Positions 20,098 through 32,253 of a stretch of DNA of 64,000 bases are shown here, piece after piece. Position numbers and translations under genes: made by a program. The notes beneath the pieces are model-generated. The model did no database searches. It saw nothing but the letters and a program-made list of their open reading frames with translations, and was not told the origin of the DNA. The stretch is from Halarcobacter sp. Its GTDB lineage: Bacteria > Campylobacterota > Campylobacteria > Campylobacterales > Arcobacteraceae. The number at the start of each line of letters is the position of its first letter. Position 1 is the first letter of the stretch. The stretch covers positions 2,432,001 through 2,496,000 of the forward strand of contig CP182352.1 in the NCBI GenBank assembly GCA_048571215.1. Direction: 5' to 3'.

Positions 20098-21960
20098 TTA
20101 TACTATTTCAAAATCTGAAACTATTTTATTTCGTCCATGTTTTTTTGCTGAATATAGATTATTGTCAACTCTTTTGATAAAGGTTTCAATACTATCTGTT
20201 TCATTTACTTGAGATAAACCTATGCTTACTGTTAGATGTTTAATTGTATCAAATTCAAAATTTTCTATCTTGTCTTTTATTTTTTGAGCTAATTGCATCG
20301 CACCCTCAATGTGTGTATTTTGGCATATTATTAAAAACTCTTCACCACCCCACCTTCCAACTATATCAATATTTCTACAACTCTTTTTTAATATATTTGA
20401 TACTTCAATTAACACCTTATCACCTACTTGATGTCCATATGTGTCATTTACCAATTTAAAATGGTCTACATCGATAAGTAAAATAGAAAATATAAATTTA
20501 TTCCTTTTAAATCTCTTCATCTCCTCATCTAAACTTTTATCTATTTTGATTCTATTATAAACTTGAGTTAATTTATCCATTTGTGAAATTTTCTCAATAA
20601 TTTTTTTATCATTTATATTTTCACCTATTGAGATATAACTATCGATTTTATTATCGTCAAAACTTGGTAGTATTGTAGTTTTTAACCAATAAAGCATGCC
20701 ACTTTTTGTTTTGTTTTCTAACTCCCCTACCCAAACCTTTCCATTTGAAATTTTTTCCCATAAAGATTTATAAACTTTTGTATCTAAATTTCCACTTTTT
20801 AAAATTGATGGGTTTTCACCTAATAACTCATCTTTTGAATAACCACTTATATTACATAAAGCACTACTAACACCTGTGATTTTTTTGTTTAAATCTACAG
20901 TCATTGTAATTACATATTTATCAATAATATCCACATGTTTTTGATTCTCTTTATATACCTTAGTAAATTCCATATGAAGTTTTGAAGTGGGTATTGATAT
21001 AATTAAACCTATAGGAATTGAGATTAAAAGTGTTAATAAGCCTATTGTGTATGCTAAACTTAAGTTGTTGTTTTTTATATTATTTAGATAATCAGCTTTA
21101 ACTTTTAAAATAAGTTTTAGATTTTCACCATTATTAATATATTTATCTAATGGGAATATAAATCCATTAAGAGTATTTGATATATTTTTATCAAATTTAG
21201 GAAAGTCTGAATTTATAGTATATGCTTTATTTAAATATCTAGAAAAATCTTTTTTTCTATCTGGATTTACAATATAATAACCATCCTTATCTATTATATA
21301 CATATCAAATTGATTATTAACTCTAAGCTTTTCAAACAAAGGTTTCATCTCTATATTAACAACTAATATTCCATAAAGTTTCCCCTTGTAAAACACTTTT
21401 TTAGAAACTCTAAATGTGGGTCTTAAAGGTTGTTCTAATTTTCCATGCTCAATATTTAAATCTATATTTGAATACCAAAATTTGTTTTCTTTTTCTTCAA
21501 TAGTATCTTTAAAATAATACCTGTCTGATTTATCTTGTAGTTTATCATTAGGGACTATAAATACAGCATTACTATTTTTATCTTTATCTATTCTTATTTT
21601 TTCAAGTCCATTTTTATCTATAAATCTTAGTTGAAAAAAGTTTTTATTATTTTCCATACTATTTATAAATAAACTGTCAACTATCTCTTTTTTATCTTTA
21701 TTATTAACTATTAAATAATTAGTAAAAAGTCTATTTGTTTCAAGAGAGTCTATGCAAAGTTCAACTTTACTTACATAGTCTTGTATTTGCATTTTGATAT
21801 CAGAAGAAACTACTAAAGAATCATTATCAAGTTTTTTTTGTATCTCCTCATATTTTATATTGTATTGAATATAACTTGTTCCTGTAGCAATAATTAGACC
21901 AAATATTAAAAATAATATGATATTTTTTATATAAATAAATTTAATATTTTGTAATCTCAC
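20098..21960 (-). CDS. Membrane diguanylate cyclase (Cache-like sensor, PAS, GGDEF)
   Basis: Two TM segments, QLRFID..G.E.IR and DKSDRYYF Cache motifs, PAS, RNID I-site, GGEEF. Confidence 0.9.
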   Translation of the reverse strand: MRLQNIKFIYIKNIILFLIFGLIIATGTSYIQYNIKYEEIQKKLDNDSLVVSSDIKMQIQDYVSKVELCIDSLETNRLFTNYLIVNNKDKKEIVDSLFINSMENNKNFFQLRFIDKNGLEKIRIDKDKNSNAVFIVPNDKLQDKSDRYYFKDTIEEKENKFWYSNIDLNIEHGKLEQPLRPTFRVSKKVFYKGKLYGILVVNIEMKPLFEKLRVNNQFDMYIIDKDGYYIVNPDRKKDFSRYLNKAYTINSDFPKFDKNISNTLNGFIFPLDKYINNGENLKLILKVKADYLNNIKNNNLSLAYTIGLLTLLISIPIGLIISIPTSKLHMEFTKVYKENQKHVDIIDKYVITMTVDLNKKITGVSSALCNISGYSKDELLGENPSILKSGNLDTKVYKSLWEKISNGKVWVGELENKTKSGMLYWLKTTILPSFDDNKIDSYISIGENINDKKIIEKISQMDKLTQVYNRIKIDKSLDEEMKRFKRNKFIFSILLIDVDHFKLVNDTYGHQVGDKVLIEVSNILKKSCRNIDIVGRWGGEEFLIICQNTHIEGAMQLAQKIKDKIENFEFDTIKHLTVSIGLSQVNETDSIETFIKRVDNNLYSAKKHGRNKIVSDFEIV

Positions 21961-22229
21961 AATATAACCTTTTTTGATGGAAAAAGATTATACCTTTTTT
22001 AAATTTTAATTAAGATTAATAGTTTTTTAATTTTATATATTCTTAATGATAAAAGCATAATCACTATTTTATGGTATTTAATATTTTATGAAATAGAAAT
22101 TTTAAATTTATATGATCTATATTTTGTCTAAACTATTATTAGATTTACTTATTTATATTGGTTTATATTTTTATATGTAAGCGATTAAATTTGAGAATAA
22201 AAATTTTGAATATATAAAGGAAAAAAAGA

Positions 22230-22430
22230 GTGAAGAAGTTCACCCTTTTTTTACGATATTCTCACGGACACGGTGGTGCTATCGCACATCACCTTAGTCT
22301 GCGAAACCTAAAAACGTGAAGCAGTTCACCTTTTTTTAACGGTATTCTCACGGACACGGTGGTGCTATCGCACATCACCTTAGTCTGCGAAACCTAAAAA
22401 CGTGAAGCAGTTCACCTTTTTTTAACGGTT
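22230..22430. repeat. 86-bp GC-rich tandem repeat (about 2.3 copies) made of palindromes, REP/BIME-like, directly after groEL
   Basis: gtgaag(c/a)agttcacc recurs at 22230, 22316 and 22402; the intervening ttctcacggacacggtggtgctatcgcacatcaccttagtctgcgaa is identical in both units. Confidence 0.9.
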
Positions 22431-22432
22431 TC

Positions 22433-24326
<1,894 letters not shown>

Positions 24327-24361
24327 TGTATTCTCCTATAAAATTTTTTTTAATAATTAAT

Positions 24362-24388
24362 TTAGCACTCTATTTTTTTGAGTGCCAA
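24362..24388. promoter_or_regulatory. CIRCE element (HrcA operator)
   Basis: TTAGCACTC-N9-GAGTGCCAA, one mismatch from consensus, upstream of groES. Confidence 0.93.
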
Positions 24389-24417
24389 ATTTTATTAAAT
24401 TTTTTGATTTTTGTCAA
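24389..24417 (-). promoter_or_regulatory. groESL sigma70 promoter
   Basis: TTGACA (24417-24412), 17-nt spacer, TAAAAT (24394-24389), abutting CIRCE. Confidence 0.8.
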
Positions 24418-24432
24418 GTGTTTTAGATAAAC

Positions 24433-24453
24433 TATGAGTAGTTTTGACTAAAG
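24433..24453. promoter_or_regulatory. HAIR-like element (putative HspR operator)
   Basis: TATGAGT-N7-ACTAAAG versus consensus CTTGAGT-N7-ACTCAAG, just upstream of the groESL -35. Confidence 0.6.
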
Positions 24454-25320
24454 TTATAAATTTTGATGTCTATAGATGTACTTTAACAGCAATTGTTTAA
24501 GAGATTGATTAAGCTTTTCATCTAATTGATTTAAGGTAGTTTCACACTTTAAAGCTAATTTGTCAGCAGATTCAATGGTTTGTTCTAAACCTAAAAGGTT
24601 TACAAAAGAGTTTTTTGATTGATCATTTTGCGTAGTTTTACCAGCTTGTTCTTCACTACAGGTTTCATCTATAATATCATCTTGAATTTGAAAAAGTAAG
24701 CCAATATCTATACCAAAATCAAAAAGAATATTTTGAATATCTAAATCATATTCACTGATAATTGCACCCATTTTTAAACTTGCTGCTATTAGTTTTGCTG
24801 TTTTATGGATATGTAAAAACTCTAACTGACTTAACTCAAGTTTTTGATTCTCAAAAAAACAATCAATGGCTTGACCAATTATCATTCCATCTATTCCACC
24901 ATTTGATGCTAAAGTTTTTATTAGATCTACTTTTATATCATTGTGTAAAGGTGCATTTGCTATTTGATTAAAAGCTTCGGTATTTAAGGCATCGCCAACA
25001 AGTATAGCAGTTACTTCATCATATTTTTTGTGTAGTGTTTCAAATCCTCTTCTTAAGTCTGCATTATCCATTGAGGGCAAATCATCATGGATTAAAGAGT
25101 ATGTGTGTAACATCTCCAAACCTAAGGCTACAGGTAAAGAGTTTTCTACTAAAAGTGGTTTATTTGACTTTACCACATTTAATAAAAGCATAGGTCTAAA
25201 TCTTTTACCACCAGCTTTAAGCATTTCGCCTAAAGCCTCTTGGAAATATGGATGGAATGTTTTTGATTGTGGTAAATTATTTAATAGATAATTTTCAAAT
25301 AAAGTTAACAATTTTTTCAT
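24454..25320 (-). CDS. ispA: Geranyltranstransferase / farnesyl diphosphate synthase
   Basis: GGKRFRP, SLIHDDLPSMD..LRRG, FQIQDDIID, GKT. Confidence 0.93.
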   Translation of the reverse strand: MKKLLTLFENYLLNNLPQSKTFHPYFQEALGEMLKAGGKRFRPMLLLNVVKSNKPLLVENSLPVALGLEMLHTYSLIHDDLPSMDNADLRRGFETLHKKYDEVTAILVGDALNTEAFNQIANAPLHNDIKVDLIKTLASNGGIDGMIIGQAIDCFFENQKLELSQLEFLHIHKTAKLIAASLKMGAIISEYDLDIQNILFDFGIDIGLLFQIQDDIIDETCSEEQAGKTTQNDQSKNSFVNLLGLEQTIESADKLALKCETTLNQLDEKLNQSLKQLLLKYIYRHQNL

Positions 25321-25637
25321 GATTGAGTATTTTGTCCAAATCCACCCATCATATTCATTGCCATCATTTTTTTATTTTCATCTGCTTGTTTAATTACATC
25401 ATTCATAGCTGATATTAAAAGAATTTGTAAAGAATCTTTATCTTCAAGTAAAGAATCATCTATTTGTAAATCTACAACTTCCGAATTTCCATTAATAGAT
25501 AATTCTACCATTCCTCCACCAGCTTTTGATGTAAAAACTTTACTAGAGTTTTCTTCTTTGGCTTTATCTGCCATCTCTTGTACTTGTCCCATAATCTCAT
25601 TTAGGTTGATCTTACTTAAATCAATTCCCTCAAACAT
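25317..25637 (-). CDS. YbaB/EbfC-family nucleoid-associated protein
   Basis: [23 protein letters not shown]; start moved to ATG 25637 (MFEGIDL) to remove the long overlap with panD. Confidence 0.88.
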   Translation of the reverse strand: MFEGIDLSKINLNEIMGQVQEMADKAKEENSSKVFTSKAGGGMVELSINGNSEVVDLQIDDSLLEDKDSLQILLISAMNDVIKQADENKKMMAMNMMGGFGQNTQS

Positions 25638-26013
25638 GATCACTTCCCACAAGTTCATTAGTAATTGTTTCAATATTGTTTTTATCATTAACAATAACAA
25701 CTGTTGGTTTATAAACATCTAGTTCTGATTCAGTATATGAAGCATAGGCTATAACTATAATTTTATCACCTATTTCAACTTTTCTTGCTGCAGCTCCATT
25801 TAAGCACATATCTTTACTTCCTGCTCTACCTTTTATTACATAAGTAGCAAATCTTTCACCATTGTTAACATTTACAATTTCAACTTTTTGTCCAACCCTT
25901 AATTTTGCAGCAGTCATTAACTCTTCATCTATAGTTATCGATCCAACATAATTAAGATTAGCATCTGTAACAGTTGCTCTATGAATCTTACTATACAGCA
26001 TATCAAATGTCAT
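25630..26013 (-). CDS. panD: Aspartate 1-decarboxylase
   Basis: [16 protein letters not shown] cleavage site, [15 protein letters not shown]. Confidence 0.97.
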   Translation of the reverse strand: MTFDMLYSKIHRATVTDANLNYVGSITIDEELMTAAKLRVGQKVEIVNVNNGERFATYVIKGRAGSKDMCLNGAAARKVEIGDKIIVIAYASYTESELDVYKPTVVIVNDKNNIETITNELVGSDHV

Positions 26014-26025
26014 ATATTAATTCCT

Positions 26026-26388
26026 CTATTTTGCTAAATTTATAGGTTCTCCCCAAAATTGCTCTGGTATTAAATACTCTTCAACTGGATTTCCACCTAT
26101 TATGTGTTCTTCCACAATTTTATCTATTTTTTCCTTAGACAATTGACAGTACATATGATGACCTGGTTCTATTAACATAACTGGTCCCATTTGACATCTT
26201 CCAAGACATGATGTTCTAATTGCTTGAACAGGTCCCATTAAACCTTTTTGCATCATTGATTGTGCTAAATGATTAAATAAATCTCTACTTTGTTCTGTTA
26301 CACATGAAGGTTTTGGCATCCCTGGAGGTGAACTTTGCTCACATTTGAAGATATAAAATGTAGGTTGTGGAATTGCTGGCATTTCCAT
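26026..26388 (-). CDS. Thioredoxin-like [2Fe-2S] ferredoxin
   Basis: C-x12-C and CLGRC..GP motif, IVEEHI.GG.PV. Confidence 0.88.
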   Translation of the reverse strand: MEMPAIPQPTFYIFKCEQSSPPGMPKPSCVTEQSRDLFNHLAQSMMQKGLMGPVQAIRTSCLGRCQMGPVMLIEPGHHMYCQLSKEKIDKIVEEHIIGGNPVEEYLIPEQFWGEPINLAK

Positions 26389-26531
26389 TATTATGGTCCT
26401 TTTTATTTAAGATATTTTTTGTCTGAATTTTAACAAAGATTTTTTAAACTCTCATAAAAATTGATTTTTAATAAGTTTTTAAAACCTTAAGTTATATACT
26501 TTTGCAATTTTTATTCCATAATTAAGGGCTT

Positions 26532-27065
26532 ATGATGAAAAAAATCATATTTTTTTTATTTTCACTAGTGTTACTTTTAGAAGCAGCAAACCCAATTGCT
26601 GTACTTAAAACATCAAAAGGGGATATAGAGATTGAGTTAAGACCTGATATTGCACCAAAGGCAGTTGAAAACTTTATAACTCACTCAAAAAACGGTTATT
26701 ATAATGGACTTATTTTTCATAGAATTATAAAAAATTTTATGATACAAGGTGGTGATCCAACGGGGACTGGTAGAGGTGGAGAGTCGATTTGGGGAAAACC
26801 TTTTAAAGATGAATTTGCTTCAAATGCAGTTTTTGATAAAGCTGGTATTTTAGCAATGGCAAATGCAGGACCAAATACAAATGGAAGCCAATTTTTCATA
26901 ACAACAGTTCCAGCTTATTGGCTAAATGGTAGACATACAATTTTTGGATATGTTACTAAAGGTTACGAAACTTTGAAAGCTTTAGAAAATGTACCAACAA
27001 CTGGTCAATATAGAGGGAATAAACCTTTAACTGATCAAAAAATCATCTCTATAACTATAAAGTAG
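26532..27065 (+). CDS. Exported cyclophilin-type peptidyl-prolyl isomerase
   Basis: Signal peptide, FHRII..FMIQGGD, AMANAG, GSQFFIT. Confidence 0.95.
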   Translation: MMKKIIFFLFSLVLLLEAANPIAVLKTSKGDIEIELRPDIAPKAVENFITHSKNGYYNGLIFHRIIKNFMIQGGDPTGTGRGGESIWGKPFKDEFASNAVFDKAGILAMANAGPNTNGSQFFITTVPAYWLNGRHTIFGYVTKGYETLKALENVPTTGQYRGNKPLTDQKIISITIK

Positions 27066-27086
27066 TCTTTAAAAGACTACTTTTTT
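27059..27086. terminator. Bidirectional intrinsic terminator between convergent genes
   Basis: aaagtagtctt-taa-aagactacttt followed by further T residues. Confidence 0.8.
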
Positions 27087-29651
27087 TAGTCTTCCACTAA
27101 ATTCTCTTTTAATTTACTAATATCCAAAATAGATATAAGTTTATCATTTTTTGAATTTTCTAAAGGGGTAACTATACTATTAATAAGTGTATATTTACCA
27201 AGCAAATGTTTATCTAGTTTTTTTATTCTACTTTTTGAAATCTCTGGAATATCTCCTAAAGAATTCACTAAAATTCCTATATAATTTTCACTCTGTTTAT
27301 CATAGTTTTTAACGATTACAATCTCTTTATAATCCTCTGTATTTTTTTCATCAATATATTTTTTTATATCAATTACAGCAACTGCTTTATTGTTATAAAT
27401 AACTGTTCCCTTAAAGTGATGTTCCTTATTTAATGTTGGTGATAAATCTATTTTTTTTATGCTAACAGTTTCATAAACATCATTTACATCTACACCTAAG
27501 CATTTCCCTCCAATGTAAAATGAAGCAATCTCAGCTGGATTATCAATCAAACCAATTTGAGTTTCACTAAAAAGTTTTTTATTTTTATTTATTTTTAAAT
27601 TTGCAGAACTAATGTATGAGAAAAATATTGCATAGATATCATTGCTATACTTATCTACTGTTTTATATTCCCTATAACCTTGAGAACACTTTACACCTAA
27701 GGCGTAGTAATTATTGTTATAAATAACAATTTCGCTGTAACTTTCACCATTTATTAAATTGAAAAACTTATCATCTAAATCAAGTTTATCCCCTATATTC
27801 AATTCTGGATTTGTTGATGAGATTATTTTTTTATCTTTGTTTGTGTAAACACCAAAAACCTCTTTATTTTTTTTCTTATTATAGTTTGGAATTGATTCCT
27901 CGAGCATTGCTTTAAACTCTGGTTTTGAATCAAATACAACACCAATTCCACCTAAAAAGTCAGTATTTTGTTTTATAGCTGAATAATATATATAAGTATA
28001 ATCTTTATTATAAAATTCTGTTTTCTCAAATTTTGATACAAAATAACTATTTGTACTTTTAAGCTCTTTTGTTTTTGTTACAAGATCTAAACTTAATTGT
28101 TTTCCAAGTAAATATTTTTCATTGGCATTTGAAACAGCAATTATAATGCCATTTTTATCATAAATAAATAGATTTGTATATACGGTATATAAAGAGTTGA
28201 TATATTTTAAGATATTTTCTAATTTTTTTGATTCTTTTTTATCTATATTATCTATAGATAATACTTTTTTAAACTCTTCTGTTAATGCCCACCATCTACA
28301 ATCATTTGCCCTTTCATAAAGATTTCTATCCATAATATCGACCATTAGAGATGCAATATAAGAACTATTATTTAGTACCATTGTTTTTGTAAGATTTGCT
28401 ATTGAATGATCAAATATTTTTTTTGTTTCTTCCCCCGTTGAACTTATCTCATTTAATAATGCTCTTGAGAATCCTCTCATATTTTCTCGTCTATCATCTT
28501 TTGCTTTATTTATATTTCCATTCCAAACTAATCTATTTAAGTTTGATTGAATTGAATTTGCTTTTAAAGGTATTTTCTTTAGCTCCTCACTAAACCCCTT
28601 CCCTTCTTGTAAAATTGCCAATAATATATCTTGGTCTATTTCTATACTATTTTCATCTTCTAAAAAAGCATAATCAACTGCAACCATAATATGTCCATAC
28701 CACTCTTGCCCAAAATAACCTTGATATCCATTCGTTGCACAAGATTTAGCTAGATAATCCCTTCCTCCATGGGAGATTAACTTAAATTTATCATCCAATA
28801 TGTGATTAAATTTTGTTCCCAATGAGATATGATATTTATCACTACTCGCAATAACAACTCCATCACTATCTAAAACCATTAGACACTCTTTATTTTTTTC
28901 ACTCTTTAGGTTATCAAAAATACTTGTCATCTCATCTTGAAATCTAAAACATAAAGATAAAACACCAATGTTTTTAGCATCTTTGCCATTTCCATCTTTT
29001 ATAACTGAACTATAAACTAAACTTCTTTTTTTGTGTGGTAAAAAATCATGATATTTAAAAGTCTCTACATACTCTTCATTACCAACTAATACCCTTGAAA
29101 TTATTTCATCTTCTGATTTTTTTATTTCTGTAGTTCTTTCATCTAATTTAACTAATACATTACCTTCTGTATCAAATAAAACTATGTCATAATAAACACT
29201 ATATTTTTGAATATACTCTTTAAATCTTTTTTTTTTTTTTTGCTTCGATATTAAGACTTTCATTATCTAAATTTTTACTTTTAATTATAAAATCGATAAT
29301 ATCTTTGTCTGTTGATAAAAAACCTATATCTGCTGTTCTTTCAAATAGATTTCGAATTAAAATATCAATAGAGATTTGTGCTTTAAACTTCATTTCTCTA
29401 ACTGTTTTTTCTAAAGTTTCATAACTTAAATGTTCTAATAATGAATGGGTTAAATCTGTAAAACTATTTTTCGTATCATTTATATTTGTATTACTATTTC
29501 CAAAATGACTAAGTAAAGCTAAGTTATCCCAACTTTTTGAAAGTGATAAAAGTTCTTGTTTGTACTCTTGAACTAATTCCATATGTTTTATAAACTTATT
29601 CATATATGATATTGATTGCATTTTGCTATGATTACTCATATTTTTTGTCAT
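27086..29651 (-). pseudogene. Large soluble chemotaxis protein (two Cache-like repeats and C-terminal CheW), frameshifted at an A15 tract
   Basis: ORFs 29220..29651 and 27086..29263 overlap at T15 (29227-29241); removing one base gives a single 854-aa frame; internal repeat IDILIRNLFERTAD / VDIMDRNLYERAND; CheW-like tail. Confidence 0.85.
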
Positions 29652-29831
29652 AATAAACCTTTATAATTGTATTCTTTTTTACAATTATAATTAATTTTTT
29701 TGTTTATTTTTATGATTATATGATTAAAATATATACAATATAAAAGGTTATAAAGGGGTTTTGTAGGACAGTTTTAAGTATTTAAATTAAATTATTTTAT
29801 AAGTATCTTTTTATTAATAATTTTTTGGATT

Positions 29832-31208
29832 TTATCTATTACCAAAGAGTTTAGTCATAATAGTTTTATCACCATGGTTTATAATCTCTTTTTCCATTTT
29901 CTCTAATTTTTTTGCTTCTGATTTAGCTTTTTCTTTCCAGTATGCTAATTTTTGTGATATTGCTTCTGCATTTTCTATGCTATCAAATTTTGTTTTTAAA
30001 CCATTTAACTCTTCTTCTAAATCATCAATTTTTACTTCATAATTTACTTTTATTTGTTTACACTCTTTTTCATGCTCATCTATTAAATTATTAAGTTTTG
30101 TGTTTAGCTGTTTTATCTCAATTTTTAAATCTGAATTCTCTTTTGTAAGTCTCATTGTATGAGTTCTTTTATCATCTACATATTCAGAATCTTTGATATA
30201 TTTTTTTAGCTGCATCTTTAATCTTTTATTTTCTACAGTAAATTTTTCTGCTGTATAAATATATCTATCTTTATCTGCTTTTGCTTTTTGAACTTCATTT
30301 TTAAGTATTTCTATATCATCTTTTAAACGATTTATTGTTTGTTGTTGTTCAGCTACATTTGCTTTACTTTTAATAAAGATTTCACCCTTATCTTTTATAA
30401 GTGAGGTTTGAACTTCTCTTCTTTTTACAACCTCTTTAGTCTCATCTTTTTGTATCATCAAAGCCCCAGTTATCTGCCCATTATCATCTAAAGTAGAGAT
30501 AACTGTAGTATCTGAAATATAATACCCACCATCTTTTGTTATATTTTTGATTCTATCATTGAAAAAATTATTCTTTGATATTGAATCATAAATCTTTTCA
30601 TATATCTTTTTATCTAAATCGGGATGTTTTAAACTATTTAACTCTTTACCTATTAATTCATCTTTATCAAAACCTGTAATTTCACAAAAAAGATCATTTG
30701 TATAAGTTATATTCATATTCTTATCTATTTTTATAACTATATTATTATTATAAATAATATCTTTATACTTTTCTAACTCTTTGTTTTGTTGTTCAAGCAT
30801 AAACTTATTATAATCTCTTAAAGCTATCTCAGCTAAAATTGTCATAAGTTTTTTTATATCAATGGGTTTTATAATATACTCAGAAACCTTCAATTTTATG
30901 GCTTCTACAAGCAATTTACTATCTGAGTAAGCTGTAGCAAATATAACAGGAATATCTTTATTGGATTTTCTAATTTGGGAAATCATCTCTATACCTGAGA
31001 GTTTAGGCATATTTATATCAGCAATGATTACATCTATTCTATCTTTTTTCTCTTTATATAGCTCTAATCCCTCTAAGCCATTACTTGCAGTATATACAGT
31101 TTTAAAGAAGTTTGAAAAAAGTGATGACAACTCATTTTTAATATTTTCATCATCTTCTACATATAATATTCTTAATCTTTTTAAAAGTTCCCTATCAATA
31201 CTTGCCAT
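29832..31208 (-). CDS. Response regulator: REC, PAS and long coiled coil
   Basis: LYVEDD, DINMP, ATA, IIKP; PAS (FCEITGF..ELIG); heptad-rich C-terminus. Confidence 0.85.
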   Translation of the reverse strand: MASIDRELLKRLRILYVEDDENIKNELSSLFSNFFKTVYTASNGLEGLELYKEKKDRIDVIIADINMPKLSGIEMISQIRKSNKDIPVIFATAYSDSKLLVEAIKLKVSEYIIKPIDIKKLMTILAEIALRDYNKFMLEQQNKELEKYKDIIYNNNIVIKIDKNMNITYTNDLFCEITGFDKDELIGKELNSLKHPDLDKKIYEKIYDSISKNNFFNDRIKNITKDGGYYISDTTVISTLDDNGQITGALMIQKDETKEVVKRREVQTSLIKDKGEIFIKSKANVAEQQQTINRLKDDIEILKNEVQKAKADKDRYIYTAEKFTVENKRLKMQLKKYIKDSEYVDDKRTHTMRLTKENSDLKIEIKQLNTKLNNLIDEHEKECKQIKVNYEVKIDDLEEELNGLKTKFDSIENAEAISQKLAYWKEKAKSEAKKLEKMEKEIINHGDKTIMTKLFGNR

Positions 31209-31214
31209 TATTGA

Positions 31215-31601
31215 CTAAACTTCCATTTGGGTAATCAAATCTATAAACTTTAAAAAATCAAATGGTTTTAAAAGATAATTATCAACTCCTAAATCTTTTG
31301 CTTTATTTATATAATCTGTTTCTGTATGAGCAGACATTATAATAACAGGAATATTGATATCTTTTTCATTCATCTTTTTTATCATATCTAAACCATTCAT
31401 AACTGGCATATTGATATCAGTAACAACAACTGAAATATCATCATTGTTTTCCATAAGAGTTAATGCCTCTTCTCCATTTGTTGCTGTTAAAAAATCTGCT
31501 TGTAGTTTTGTCAAAGTATCAGTAATAATCTCTATTAAATCCTCTTCATCCTCTACAAAAAGCAGTTTTAATTTTCTAAGTTTATCAATTTTTTCTTGCA
31601 T
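31215..31601 (-). CDS. Single-domain response regulator
   Basis: FVEDE, TDINMP, MSA, LKPF. Confidence 0.9.
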   Translation of the reverse strand: MQEKIDKLRKLKLLFVEDEEDLIEIITDTLTKLQADFLTATNGEEALTLMENNDDISVVVTDINMPVMNGLDMIKKMNEKDINIPVIIMSAHTETDYINKAKDLGVDNYLLKPFDFLKFIDLITQMEV

Positions 31602-31607
31602 TAGGTC

Positions 31608-32105
31608 CTAATCTTTCAACTCGTCTTTATGAACTACCGATTCTATATCCATAATAACAAGCATTTGGTTATTATTTAATCTTACAAAACCTTTTAAATA
31701 TTTTGATGGTATTGCCGACCCCATATCAGAAACAGGAGCAAGGGTTGAAGTATCTAATCTTTGTACATCATCAACTTTATCAACAATAATACCAACCATT
31801 CTTTTATCTTTTGTTATAACTGCAATTACTGCTGTATTTTCATCGTAAACAGGAGCTCCGGTTTTAAATTTAATTCTAATATCCAAGATAGGAACAACTT
31901 CACCTCTTAAATTTATTAAACCTTTTACCCATTGAGTAGTATTAGGTAAGGTAGTAATATTATCTGGATAAGTTAATATCTCTCTAATTTTAGGTAACTC
32001 AATAGCATACTTCATTTTTCCTAACTCAAAGGTCATAAACTCACTAGTATTAGCATAATCAATTACTTCATCATCATGATGACTATTTATATTTTTAGTT
32101 TCCAT
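31608..32105 (-). CDS. cheW: Chemotaxis adaptor CheW
   Basis: GLINLRGEVVPILD, GIIVDKV. Confidence 0.92.
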   Translation of the reverse strand: METKNINSHHDDEVIDYANTSEFMTFELGKMKYAIELPKIREILTYPDNITTLPNTTQWVKGLINLRGEVVPILDIRIKFKTGAPVYDENTAVIAVITKDKRMVGIIVDKVDDVQRLDTSTLAPVSDMGSAIPSKYLKGFVRLNNNQMLVIMDIESVVHKDELKD

Positions 32106-32253
32106 TAGCTTCCCTTCATCTTTAATTCTATTGACACAAAGTTTTAATTTTATCTATCTAATAAAATCAAATATACATGACAATAATTATTTATTCTATT
32201 ATCATTCTTTATAGCCATTAAAACTTTTATATTTTATCTTTACTAAGCTTAAA

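Noticed and set aside
21961..22229. Long AT-rich gap upstream of the diguanylate cyclase as a hidden gene or sRNA
   Set aside because: No credible ORF with RBS and no stable structure seen; consistent with a promoter region.
22230..22430. Possible CRISPR array or tRNA
   Set aside because: The segments between the short repeats are identical rather than unique spacers, no cas genes are present, and there is no cloverleaf or T-loop motif.
32180..32210. Fur-box-like AATGATAATAGAATAAATAATT upstream of cheW
   Set aside because: Only a half match in very AT-rich DNA; not distinguishable from chance by eye.
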